Shown here one piece after another: positions 19,855-28,881 of a stretch of 64,000 nt of DNA. A model generated the notes under the pieces. It ran no database searches and was not told the origin of the DNA. It saw only the letters and a list, made by a program, of their open reading frames with translations. A program made the position numbers and the translations under genes. This stretch comes from an uncultured Bacillota bacterium (GTDB lineage: Bacteria > Bacillota_I > Bacilli_A > RF39 > UBA660), in contig CAJLEF010000005.1 of the NCBI GenBank assembly GCA_905205665.1, positions 25,266-89,265 on the forward strand, given 5' to 3'. Within the stretch, counting starts at the first letter, position 1. Every line of letters starts with the position of its first letter.

Positions 19855-20895
19855 TTAAATCAAATTCTTAGAATTTTTCTTTTTAATTTTTAAATATTGT
19901 TCATTGCTATAAAAACCTATTCTAAGTAAATCTTCTGGACTTGAATCATAAATATCATTAGCGTCCATTTGCTCCATGACAGCTTCTAAACCATTTTCTT
20001 TGCTGTTTGAAACACTATAATAAACTCTTTCTAAATTTGGATTATCAAATGGTTGCAATTTAATTTGTTTTATTTGTGATAATTTTTCAAAAGTTATAAA
20101 ATCTGCACTTTCTTTAGGACTCATTAACTTAGCATGCAAAGCATTTTCTTTAAAATCTCTTCGAGCATCATTAATAGTCATTATTCCCTCAGAATCTCTA
20201 AAACCAAAAATAGTTCTGGGATAATAATAATTTATTCTTCTTTTAATCTTATTTTTATCAAACGGCGTTTTATTTAAATAACTTAAATATTCTAAAGTTA
20301 ACCCTCTTAGTTTTTTATATGACTGTAATTCGGTTAATATACTATCTTCTTTAAATTCCTTATAATCAATAAGTTGCTTTAGTATTTGAGGATCTAAGCA
20401 AGCACATGTTTCAAAATTAAAATGTGTTGTAAAAGCATTTGAATTACTAGTAATATTTCGAATGATTACTCTAGCATAATTTTTAAAATCTGCATCTTTC
20501 TTTAAAGAAATAGTTCTTGATTTTGGATTCTTTACTTTAGAAAGCCTTTCCAGAGCTCCTCTTTTCAAGCCTAAATAAAGTTTATTTTTTAAAGAAGTTA
20601 GTCTTTCTGATAATGGATAATCAAAAATCAATTCATATGTATGCAAGTTTATTAAATTTTCTGTACTATTAGCAATTCTTAAAACAAATAAATCGGTATC
20701 ATTATTAAGAGAAATACCTTCATTATATAATGAAATGGATTTTATAAATTCTTCTTTAGATTGATCCATAGATACTAAATCAAGCATAGAAATATCTTTA
20801 AAAAAACCTTTTCCCTCTGTCGCGATACTAGGTACTTTTACAACTTTGCCAATAGCCCCATTTGCCGCGATTAAATAATATTTACTATTTTTCAT
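19855..20895 (-). CDS. Hypothetical 346-aa protein, probably co-transcribed with the ZIP transporter (25-nt gap).
   Basis: Long open frame with no recognisable motifs. Confidence 0.4.
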   Translation of the reverse strand: MKNSKYYLIAANGAIGKVVKVPSIATEGKGFFKDISMLDLVSMDQSKEEFIKSISLYNEGISLNNDTDLFVLRIANSTENLINLHTYELIFDYPLSERLTSLKNKLYLGLKRGALERLSKVKNPKSRTISLKKDADFKNYARVIIRNITSNSNAFTTHFNFETCACLDPQILKQLIDYKEFKEDSILTELQSYKKLRGLTLEYLSYLNKTPFDKNKIKRRINYYYPRTIFGFRDSEGIMTINDARRDFKENALHAKLMSPKESADFITFEKLSQIKQIKLQPFDNPNLERVYYSVSNSKENGLEAVMEQMDANDIYDSSPEDLLRIGFYSNEQYLKIKKKNSKNLI

Positions 20896-21140
20896 AAGCT
20901 TCCTCCCCTTCTTCTATATTCTACCTAAAACCATAAAAATACTCAAGTCTCTTTTTTACCAATATTTGTTATTTAATTTACGTATCTTTTTTAAATCTTT
21001 ATCCATAATACTACTGGGAGGTAAAATAAAATATGAAAAAAAATCAAAAAAACAATTCTAGAAAACAAGAACGTAAAAATCAAAACCAAAATCAAAAACG
21101 TGAATCTAGAAATCAAGAAAAATCTTGTGACTAATTTAAT

Positions 21141-21175
21141 AAGGAAGAATGATACAAATTCTTCCTTATTTTTTG
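21141..21175. terminator. Hairpin with a plus-strand T-run that abuts the xer stop codon.
   Basis: AAGGAAGAAT/ATTCTTCCTT 10-bp stem followed by ATTTTTTGG. Confidence 0.45.
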
Positions 21176-22074
21176 GCATGAGGGTGAAAAGAGTCATATT
21201 CCTCTTTATTTTTAACCGATGTAAAATGCGTATATATCTCCGTAGTAGTAATACTACTGTGGCCTAAAAATGTCTGGATAACACGTAAATTGGCCCCATT
21301 TAAAAGAAGATGGGTAGCAAAAGAATGACGTAACATATGAGGATTTACTTGTCTTTCAATTGTTTTTAAAGAGATTTCTCCTAATAATTTATTCATTCCT
21401 TGTCTTGTGATAGGAGTTCCACGGTTATTTAAAAATAATTCGTCGTAATTTTTATCTTTCTTTTTAAGTTTAGAACGATAGTTATCTAAATATAATTTTA
21501 AGTAATAAAGCGAAGTTTCATTTAAGGGAACAATTCTTTCTTTTTGCCCTTTTCCTTCAATACGTAGCCATTCATTTTGAAAATCAATATTTTTATCTTT
21601 TAAAGAAACAAGTTCACTAATACGAAGTCCTGTAGCGTATAAAACTTCTAACATAGCTTTTGTTCGGTAGTCATATACAGTTTTTAAAGGAAAATTTAGT
21701 AATTTATCTACCTCTTCATATGTTAAATAATTAGGAGACTTTTCATTTACTTTAGGAAAAGGTATTTGTTTGCATGGATTATGTTCGGTATCTTTATCTT
21801 CATTTAAAAAAGTGTAAAATCCTTTTAAAGTAGAAAGATAATGAGAATGGGTTCGAACATTATTTCCTTTTGTTTTTAGAAAGTTAATAATATCTTTTTC
21901 TTCTAATTTTAAAGAGGAAGAACAAGGACCAAAAAATTTTAAAAATTCTTCTAAGTCATTAGCATAAGATTTTAATGTGTTATCGCTTAACTTTTTTTCG
22001 TATTTTAAATAATCCAAATAATTTGTAATTTCGTGTTCCATATTTATCACAAGATAAGTATAAAGTCTTTTCAA
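21166..22074 (-). CDS. Tyrosine recombinase XerC/XerD family.
   Basis: C-terminal HSFATHLL...LGHSSITTTEIYTH catalytic R-H-R-Y region. Confidence 0.8.
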   Translation of the reverse strand: MKRLYTYLVINMEHEITNYLDYLKYEKKLSDNTLKSYANDLEEFLKFFGPCSSSLKLEEKDIINFLKTKGNNVRTHSHYLSTLKGFYTFLNEDKDTEHNPCKQIPFPKVNEKSPNYLTYEEVDKLLNFPLKTVYDYRTKAMLEVLYATGLRISELVSLKDKNIDFQNEWLRIEGKGQKERIVPLNETSLYYLKLYLDNYRSKLKKKDKNYDELFLNNRGTPITRQGMNKLLGEISLKTIERQVNPHMLRHSFATHLLLNGANLRVIQTFLGHSSITTTEIYTHFTSVKNKEEYDSFHPHAKK

Positions 22075-22114
22075 AAGGTTGTCAAACTGATATACTTAAC
22101 AAAGGTGATATATA

Positions 22115-23310
22115 TGGAAATATTAGCAAATCAGATGCGGCCAACAACTTTAAAAGAAGTCATTGGTCAAACACATCTTGTCGGAGAAAATAAGATTATA
22201 ACCAATTTAGTAAAAAATAAACATTTATGTTCGATGATTTTATATGGCCGTCCTGGTATTGGCAAAACCTCAATTGCTAATGCCATTGTTCATGATTTAA
22301 AAATGCCTTATAGATTTTTAAATGCAACTATGAATAATAAAAGTGATTTTGATATAGCTATTGAAGAAGCCAAAATGCATGGTAATTTAATTTTAATTGT
22401 TGATGAAATACATCGTATGAACAAAGATAAACAAGATATTTTATTACCCCATATTGAATCTGGCTTAATTACTTTAATTGGTCTTACTACTTCGAATCCT
22501 TACCATAAAATTAATCCGGCTATTAGAAGTCGTGTGCAAATTTTTGAACTTCATGATTTAACAAAAGAAGATATTATAGTAGGCCTTAAAAGAGCCGTGA
22601 CTAAATTAGAAGGTTGCCAAATTGAAGATGACGCCCTTTCCTATATTGCTACCTACTCAAGTGGCGATGTAAGAAGTGCTCTAAATTTATTAGAAACAGC
22701 TTATTATGCTTCTAGTGATCATCATTTAACGCTTGAATTATTAAAGAATATTCAAAGTAAGCCAGTCTTTTTTCATGATAAAAACGAAGATGGTCATTAT
22801 GACGTGCTATCAGCCTTTCAAAAATCGATCAGGGGAAGCGATGTGGATGCTGCCTTACACTATCTTGCTCGTTTAATTGAGGCAGGTGACTTAGATAGTA
22901 TTTATAGACGTATGAGTGTAATTGCTTATGAAGATATTGGCCTTGCTAATCCTTCCATTGGTCCTAAAGTAATGGCAGCTATTTCCGCCGCAGAATTAGT
23001 TGGCCTTCCCGAAGCACGTATTCCTTTAGGCACGGTTATTACAGAGATGGCTTTGTCTCCTAAATCAAATTCGGCTCATGTTGCTTTAGATGAAGCCTTA
23101 AATGACATTAGAAGAGGTTCTACTGGAAATGTTCCGGATCATATTAAAACAAATAGTACAACTTATTTATATCCTCATAATTATAAAAATTCTTATGTAA
23201 AACAAGAGTACTTACCTGCAAATTTAAAAGGAAAAAAATATTATCATCCACGTGATAATAAATATGAAAACAATTTAAATAAACTTTGGCATGAAATGAA
23301 GGGAGAATAA
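22115..23310 (+). CDS. rarA: Recombination factor RarA/MgsA AAA+ ATPase.
   Basis: Walker A GRPGIGKTS and Walker B LIVDEIHR. An AAAGGTGA ribosome-binding site precedes the ATG at 22115. Confidence 0.85.
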
Positions 23311-23311
23311 A

Positions 23312-24196
23312 ATGAATAAGATCTTACTTGTTGGCGATGGGGCTTTTTCTAAAGCACTGTACAAAGTTTTAACAGAAAATGAAGAAAATGAACTCACTAT
23401 GTGGAGTCCTAACACCCATTTTAAAAAGAAAAAATTAAATATGACATATGCTTTAGATGATGCTATCCAAAATAATGATTTTATCTTCATTTTAGTAAGT
23501 ACACCTTATTTAGAAAAGATATTAGAGCAAGTATTAAAAAATGATTTAACAAACAAAATTTTGCTTGTTGGAACAAAAGGTCTTCTACCTAAAAAGCCTT
23601 ATTTTATAAGTGAATATTTAGATAATAAAAAAATTGCTTATTCTATTTTTGGTGGTCCTAATTTAGCTAAAGAGTTAGAAAAAATGTCCCCTACTTCGAT
23701 CACTTTTTCAACGAATAGTTTGGTAAGAAAAAGTGAAATATCATCTTTATGGCCATCATTTATCAAACCTATCTTTATAACAAAAGCAATTTCTTTGGAA
23801 ATATGTAATAATTTAAAAAATATCTATGCGATAGGAGCAGGGATGATAAACTCTTTATATCCTTTTCAAAATACTCATTTTACCTATTTAAATGAAGTGA
23901 TTAAAGAACTTCAAAGTTTGCTAGGTGAAGATATTTATCCTTTCTTAGGTGATTTACTTCTTACTTGTTCTATGAATGACTCTAGAAATTTCACTTATGG
24001 AACCTTAATGAATGAGGAAAATAAAAGAAAAAAATACCTTCTTAAAAATACAGTGGAAGGTTTAGCTAATTTGGAAACAATTAATTTTATTTTAAAAAAT
24101 AAAAAGATAACATTACCTATTTTTGAAGGAATCTATGAAAGTTTATCTTTAAATAAAGTTTCAGACAAATTAAAAGAAGCTATTTTTCATAATTGA
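23312..24196 (+). CDS. GpsA-like NAD(P)-binding Rossmann protein with a degenerate dinucleotide motif.
   Basis: The N-terminus ILLVGDGAFSKALYKVL...LTMWS parallels the GpsA pattern I-VLGAGSWGTALA...VTLW, but the GxGxxG motif is degraded. Confidence 0.3.
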   Translation: MNKILLVGDGAFSKALYKVLTENEENELTMWSPNTHFKKKKLNMTYALDDAIQNNDFIFILVSTPYLEKILEQVLKNDLTNKILLVGTKGLLPKKPYFISEYLDNKKIAYSIFGGPNLAKELEKMSPTSITFSTNSLVRKSEISSLWPSFIKPIFITKAISLEICNNLKNIYAIGAGMINSLYPFQNTHFTYLNEVIKELQSLLGEDIYPFLGDLLLTCSMNDSRNFTYGTLMNEENKRKKYLLKNTVEGLANLETINFILKNKKITLPIFEGIYESLSLNKVSDKLKEAIFHN

Positions 24197-24869
24197 TAGC
24201 TTCTTTTTTAATATCATTAATAACGTAACTAGACATCATCGCTCCCGCAGCCATAGGTACGGCACAAATAGTACCTAAAAGAGCTTGATGTTTAGGAACT
24301 TCTAAACTGCAGACACACATAGATTTCATAGCTTTAGGATTTTTACTTAGTTTATTACGAATTTTTTTAGCTAAAGGGTCACTTTGCGTGTTTTTAAGAG
24401 GGACAATTTGTAACATTTCAGGATGAGTTTTATTAGCTGTCCCCATACAAGTAATAAGTTTTATTTTTTCCCTACTACATACTTCAATGAGTTTTATTTT
24501 TACGGGTACACAGTCACAAGCATCTAAAACATAGTCATAATTAGTCAAAAATTCTTTATTAATATCTTCTTCCGTTAATTCTTTTTTTATCTTTGTGACA
24601 AGTGTATTTGAAGGAATTAAAGTGGCTCTTTTAAAGGCTGCTTCGACTTTATTTGTACCGATCGTTTCTGTTGTCGCATAAATCTGACGATTTAAATTAG
24701 TAATATCAAAAACATCTTTGTCTACGACTGTTATTTCTTTAAAACCAGTTCTAAGAAGAGATTCAAAAGTATATCCGCCCACTCCACCTAAACCAATTAA
24801 TAAAACTTTTGTATCTTTTATTTTATTTATAACATTTTCTTCTAATAGTCTTTCAATTCTTTCAAACAT
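24180..24869 (-). CDS. tcdA: ThiF/MoeB-family protein, tRNA threonylcarbamoyladenosine dehydratase (TcdA/CsdL)-like.
   Basis: LIGLGGVGGY nucleotide-binding motif in a TcdA-sized (229-aa) protein. Confidence 0.6.
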   Translation of the reverse strand: MFERIERLLEENVINKIKDTKVLLIGLGGVGGYTFESLLRTGFKEITVVDKDVFDITNLNRQIYATTETIGTNKVEAAFKRATLIPSNTLVTKIKKELTEEDINKEFLTNYDYVLDACDCVPVKIKLIEVCSREKIKLITCMGTANKTHPEMLQIVPLKNTQSDPLAKKIRNKLSKNPKAMKSMCVCSLEVPKHQALLGTICAVPMAAGAMMSSYVINDIKKEAINYEK

Positions 24870-24891
24870 AACATCACAACCTTTATTTCAT

Positions 24892-25063
24892 AAAAAAACC
24901 AAATGTAAGTCAGCGTGATAAAATCCCCGCTTTCTCGCAGGTGGGCATCTCTCTTACATTTTAGGATCCTAATACACTTAATGGATTAGTTTTCTACACC
25001 ATGTAAGGTTCTGATTCCCGTATATCACCATAGTCGGTTTTATGTAACTATCTTACACTTGGT
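24892..25063 (-). ncRNA. Putative roughly 170-nt structured leader/attenuator RNA ending in an intrinsic terminator 23 nt before the tcdA start.
   Basis: A consensus promoter lies upstream (see the next feature). The terminator has a 9-bp stem AAATGTAAG(24901-09)/CTTACATTT(24953-61) followed by a U-run on the minus strand (24892-98). Heptamer copies at 25000-08 and 25052-58 can form alternative helices. GC content is higher than in the flanking intergenic DNA. Confidence 0.45.
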
Positions 25064-25069
25064 AATTAA

Positions 25070-25098
25070 ATTATACAATAAAATGCATATACACGCAA
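25070..25098 (-). promoter_or_regulatory. Consensus sigma-A-type promoter driving the minus-strand leader.
   Basis: On the minus strand: TTGCGT (25098-25093), a 17-nt spacer, then TATAAT (25075-25070). Confidence 0.55.
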
Positions 25099-25250
25099 TG
25101 ATATTTACAAAATATTTACATTGCACTCTTTCTTTTTAATATCATTCTCTTCATCAAAAATTTAGAAGGCTATTCATAAGATATAACTGAATGGTAATAA
25201 ATCCAAGATAACTATTTGGTTATATGAAAAAATGGTATTGGGTGATATAG

Positions 25251-25484
25251 TTGAATATAGATAGATTAAAAGAAATTAGACAAGATCGTGATTTACAACA
25301 AATTGATATTGCTAAAGTTTTGAAAACAAGTCAAGTGCAATATTCAAGATATGAACGCGGTATCAGAGTCATGCCGGTTGATAAAATTGCCAAACTTGCT
25401 AAATTCTATGATGTCAGTATTGATTATTTATTAGGACTTACTGATATCCGCAAACCTTATCCTAAATCAAAAATTAATTCTTAA
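25251..25484 (+). CDS. Small XRE-family HTH protein (77 aa).
   Basis: HTH segment DIAKVLKTSQVQYSRYERG. TTG start with a GGGTGA ribosome-binding site. Confidence 0.65.
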   Translation: MNIDRLKEIRQDRDLQQIDIAKVLKTSQVQYSRYERGIRVMPVDKIAKLAKFYDVSIDYLLGLTDIRKPYPKSKINS

Positions 25485-25510
25485 AAGATTTAGGATTATT
25501 AGCATAACAA

Positions 25511-25542
25511 AAATAGATAGACGTTATTGTCTATCTATTTTT
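25511..25542 (+). terminator. Intrinsic terminator after the XRE gene.
   Basis: AAATAGATAGAC/GTCTATCTATTT 12-bp stem with a 6-nt loop, followed by TT. Confidence 0.6.
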
Positions 25543-25675
25543 CCGTAAACCCTATCCTAAGTAAAAACTAAGGACTTAATAGCCGAGGCTATAGATGAGA
25601 TCCCTCTCATCTATAAACATTATATCACACTTTTTTAGAAAATACTAACGGTGCACCGTTATTTTTTTAATTTTT

Positions 25676-27133
25676 TTATCTTTTAGCAAGTTCTGTTGTT
25701 AAAATTTCTTTTGTTAAAACAGGATTGGCTTTTCCTCTCGTCTCTTTCATAACTTGACCAACGAAATAATCGAATAAATTTGTTTTTCCTGCTTTATAAG
25801 CTTCAATTTGAGTTTGATTTTTATCAAGAATATTTACAATAATTGAAGTAAGTTCAGTGGTATCTGAAATTTGGCCATTTTCTTTACTAATAAAGTTTTT
25901 CGGTTCTTTTTTCTCTTCAAGAGCTTTATAAAAAACTTCTTTGGCTTGTTTGGAAGATAAAATCCCATCTTTGATACCATCAATAATTTGTTTTAAATAA
26001 ACAGGAGTAATAAAAAAGTCACTAATATCTATATTTTCTTTATTAAGTTCACCCACAATAGTAACAGTTATCCAATTAGACGCTGTTTTAGGATCTATAG
26101 AAAGTCTTAAACATTCTTCAAAATAATCAGAAATAGCTTTATCTTTCACTAAGACATTAGCGTCATAAGAAGATAAACCATAAGTTTTCATATAATCTTC
26201 TTTACGTTCATGAGCAAGTTTTGGAATAGACGCTCTTATTTCTTCTAACCAAGAAGGACTAATTTTAAATTTAGGAATATTAGGTTCTACAAAATATTTG
26301 TAATCAACTGCATCGGCTTTACTACGCATGTAAATAGTGCTAAAAGTATCCTCATCCCATCTTCTTGTTTGTTGAGGCATTTCATCATAAGTTCCATTTT
26401 CTTTAAGTTCTGTTTGTCTTTCGATCTCATAGTTAATGGCATCTCTGACACCACCGAAAGAGTTAACATTTTTAATTTCTATTTTAGTACCCCAGTTTGT
26501 TGGATCTTCTTCATCAAGACTACTATCCATAATAGATACGTTTACATCACATCTAATTTGCCCTTTTTTAGTATCGGCATCTGAAATACCAGCATATTGA
26601 TAAGTACGACGCATATGTTCTAGGAAAGCCACTGCCTCATTGGCTGAATGAAAATCTGGCTCGGTAACAAGTTCTAGTAAAGGGACTCCTGCTCTATTAT
26701 AATCAATTGTCGATGTCGTTTCATAGTGATCAAGACTAGCCGCATCTTCTTCTAAGTGAATATTATTAACGCGAACACGTTTCATTTCCCCGTCACATTC
26801 ATAATCTACATAGCCATAAATACCAACAGGAATTGGTTTTGTTTCTTGTGTTAATTGAAAACCTTTCGGTAAATCAGGATAATAATAGTTTTTTCTTTCA
26901 AAATACATATATTCTGGTTGAGAACAATGCATAATCATGGAAGCCATTAAAGAAAGTCTTACCGCTTCTTTATTAACAACTGGTAAAGTTCCTGGAAAAG
27001 CCATATCTAAAGGTCTTACAGAAGAGTTTGGTTCATCTGAATAAGTATTTCGAGCACTTGAGAATACCTTACTTTTTGTTTTTGATATCTCACAGTGCAT
27101 TTCTAGACCGATTTTAGCAATATATTTACTCAT
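25676..27133 (-). CDS. gatB: Asp-tRNA(Asn)/Glu-tRNA(Gln) amidotransferase subunit B.
   Basis: GatB/GatE catalytic domain plus a C-terminal GatB_Yqey domain. Confidence 0.9.
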   Translation of the reverse strand: MSKYIAKIGLEMHCEISKTKSKVFSSARNTYSDEPNSSVRPLDMAFPGTLPVVNKEAVRLSLMASMIMHCSQPEYMYFERKNYYYPDLPKGFQLTQETKPIPVGIYGYVDYECDGEMKRVRVNNIHLEEDAASLDHYETTSTIDYNRAGVPLLELVTEPDFHSANEAVAFLEHMRRTYQYAGISDADTKKGQIRCDVNVSIMDSSLDEEDPTNWGTKIEIKNVNSFGGVRDAINYEIERQTELKENGTYDEMPQQTRRWDEDTFSTIYMRSKADAVDYKYFVEPNIPKFKISPSWLEEIRASIPKLAHERKEDYMKTYGLSSYDANVLVKDKAISDYFEECLRLSIDPKTASNWITVTIVGELNKENIDISDFFITPVYLKQIIDGIKDGILSSKQAKEVFYKALEEKKEPKNFISKENGQISDTTELTSIIVNILDKNQTQIEAYKAGKTNLFDYFVGQVMKETRGKANPVLTKEILTTELAKR

Positions 27134-28584
27134 TATTCTACCTCCTTGGCAATTTGTCCTTTATAGTTCATTTGGCTTTCTAGTAAAGAAGCTAATTTTA
27201 AAACTTTTTCATCTTCATAGCAATTACCTGTAATATTAACACCTACTGGTAAACCATTTACAAAGCCATCAGGAATGGTTATAGATGGGAAACCACCAAA
27301 GTTACCAATTTGTAAATGTTCTTCTAGAACTTGGGTATTTTCATCTAAAATATTTTTAGCTTCACTAAGTTTTTTAGCAGGTCCTGATCCCACTGGTAAA
27401 ATAACCGCATCATATTCTTTAAATAAATTTTTGTAAGTATCTACAATTAAACGACGAACACGTTGGGCATTATGGAAATATCGGTCTTGATTTTCTTTTT
27501 GTAAAACATAAGAACCGATTACAAAACGGCGTTTAATTAAACTTGAGAATCCTTTAGTACGGGCATCTTTCATCATATCAATGTAATTATCGCCTTCACC
27601 TCTTGGGCCAAAAATGATACCAGTTAAATTAGACATATTGCTACTTGCTTCAGCACAAGAAATAATAACATAGACACTCGCCACAGCCTTTAAAAGTTTT
27701 TCGTCAACAGATACTTCTTCTACTTCAATACCTAAATCTTTAAAATGTTTTAAAGTATTATGGAAGTTTTCTAAATGGCTTTTTAATTCATCACTAGCAT
27801 TAGGGTACCGATTCATATCACATATTTCTTTAATATAACAAACTTTTTTTAAAGGTATCTCTTTTTGAAGAGCGTCTTTTAAATGAATGTCTTTACTATC
27901 AAAACTAGTCATATCATTTTTGTCGATACCTTTCATAGCATCCACAGCAATTGCAGCATCTAAAACACTTCTTGTTAAAACACCACAGTGATCTAAACTA
28001 GAGGCAAAAGGAAATAATCCATAACGGCTAATCATACCATAAGTAGGTTTGTAACCAACAATACCACAATAAGCAGCAGGCTTACGAATAGAGTCTCCTG
28101 TGTCACTTCCTAGAGCATAAGGATAAACACCAGCCGCGACAGCAGCCGCAGAACCAGCAGATGATCCTGCTGTCATTCTCGTGTGATCCCAAGGGTTTGT
28201 AACGATTCCTGTATGGCAAGTTGTTCCAGTTCCCCCCATCCCAAATTCATCTAAAGCTGTTTTATTAACCATAATAGCACCAGCTTTTTTTAAGTTTTTA
28301 ACAGCAGTTGCATCAAAAAATGGTACATAATTTTTTAAGATGTTAGAAGAACCTGTTGATAAAACACCAGCTGTAGAATAATTATCTTTAACACCATAAG
28401 GAATACCAGATAATAAGTTATCTGTTACTTCAGTGCCTTTTGCACCATCTAAAATGGTAACAAAGGCATTACATGAAGCTTGGACTTCACGTGATTTTTC
28501 TAAAGCCTCTTTAACAAGTTCATCACTTGTCACTTCCTTATTAATTAATTTTTCATGTAAGAAACTAATACTTTTATCCATCAT
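27133..28584 (-). CDS. gatA: Glutamyl-tRNA(Gln) amidotransferase subunit A.
   Basis: Amidase signature with GS-rich SSAGSAAAVAAG and the Ser-cisSer-Lys region. Confidence 0.9.
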   Translation of the reverse strand: MMDKSISFLHEKLINKEVTSDELVKEALEKSREVQASCNAFVTILDGAKGTEVTDNLLSGIPYGVKDNYSTAGVLSTGSSNILKNYVPFFDATAVKNLKKAGAIMVNKTALDEFGMGGTGTTCHTGIVTNPWDHTRMTAGSSAGSAAAVAAGVYPYALGSDTGDSIRKPAAYCGIVGYKPTYGMISRYGLFPFASSLDHCGVLTRSVLDAAIAVDAMKGIDKNDMTSFDSKDIHLKDALQKEIPLKKVCYIKEICDMNRYPNASDELKSHLENFHNTLKHFKDLGIEVEEVSVDEKLLKAVASVYVIISCAEASSNMSNLTGIIFGPRGEGDNYIDMMKDARTKGFSSLIKRRFVIGSYVLQKENQDRYFHNAQRVRRLIVDTYKNLFKEYDAVILPVGSGPAKKLSEAKNILDENTQVLEEHLQIGNFGGFPSITIPDGFVNGLPVGVNITGNCYEDEKVLKLASLLESQMNYKGQIAKEVE

Positions 28585-28881
28585 TTATCCCACCACCTTT
28601 GGCACGACGATGTAGGCACCGTCTTCATCGCCACTATTTCTTAATAAATCATCAATTGGAACCGATTGTTCTGGTTCATCTTCTCTTAATTCATAAACAA
28701 AATCATCTAAAGTATGCGTCATAGGTTCTACTTCACTTAGATTAGGTATTTCTAGAACTGATTGGATACTCTTATCAATGCTATCAAATTCAAGAGTTAT
28801 CATATCTTTTTCTTCATCCGTTAAGCCAATAAGTAATTTATCCGCATAACTATCAATCATTTCTTTCGTAAATTTATTCAT
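28585..28881 (-). CDS. gatC: Amidotransferase subunit C.
   Basis: 98-aa protein immediately upstream of gatA. It overlaps the aspS stop. Confidence 0.8.
   Translation of the reverse strand: MNKFTKEMIDSYADKLLIGLTDEEKDMITLEFDSIDKSIQSVLEIPNLSEVEPMTHTLDDFVYELREDEPEQSVPIDDLLRNSGDEDGAYIVVPKVVG

Noticed and set aside
21032-21134. Apparent 34-aa highly basic K/N/Q-rich ORF after a strong GGGAGGT site.
   Set aside because: Re-reading the sequence shows AGG AAA ACA AGA ACG TAA. The frame stops after 14 codons, so the longer reading was a transcription slip on my part. Only the region-level observation is kept.
24892-25063. Possibility that the structured minus-strand element is a known RNA (SRP RNA, 6S, RNase P, tmRNA, or a purine, preQ1, SAM, TPP or c-di-AMP riboswitch).
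   Set aside because: I find none of the characteristic conserved motifs, e.g. no SRP domain IV GGAAGCAGC and no RNase P GGAAAGUCCGG. It is therefore reported as an unclassified attenuator-like leader.
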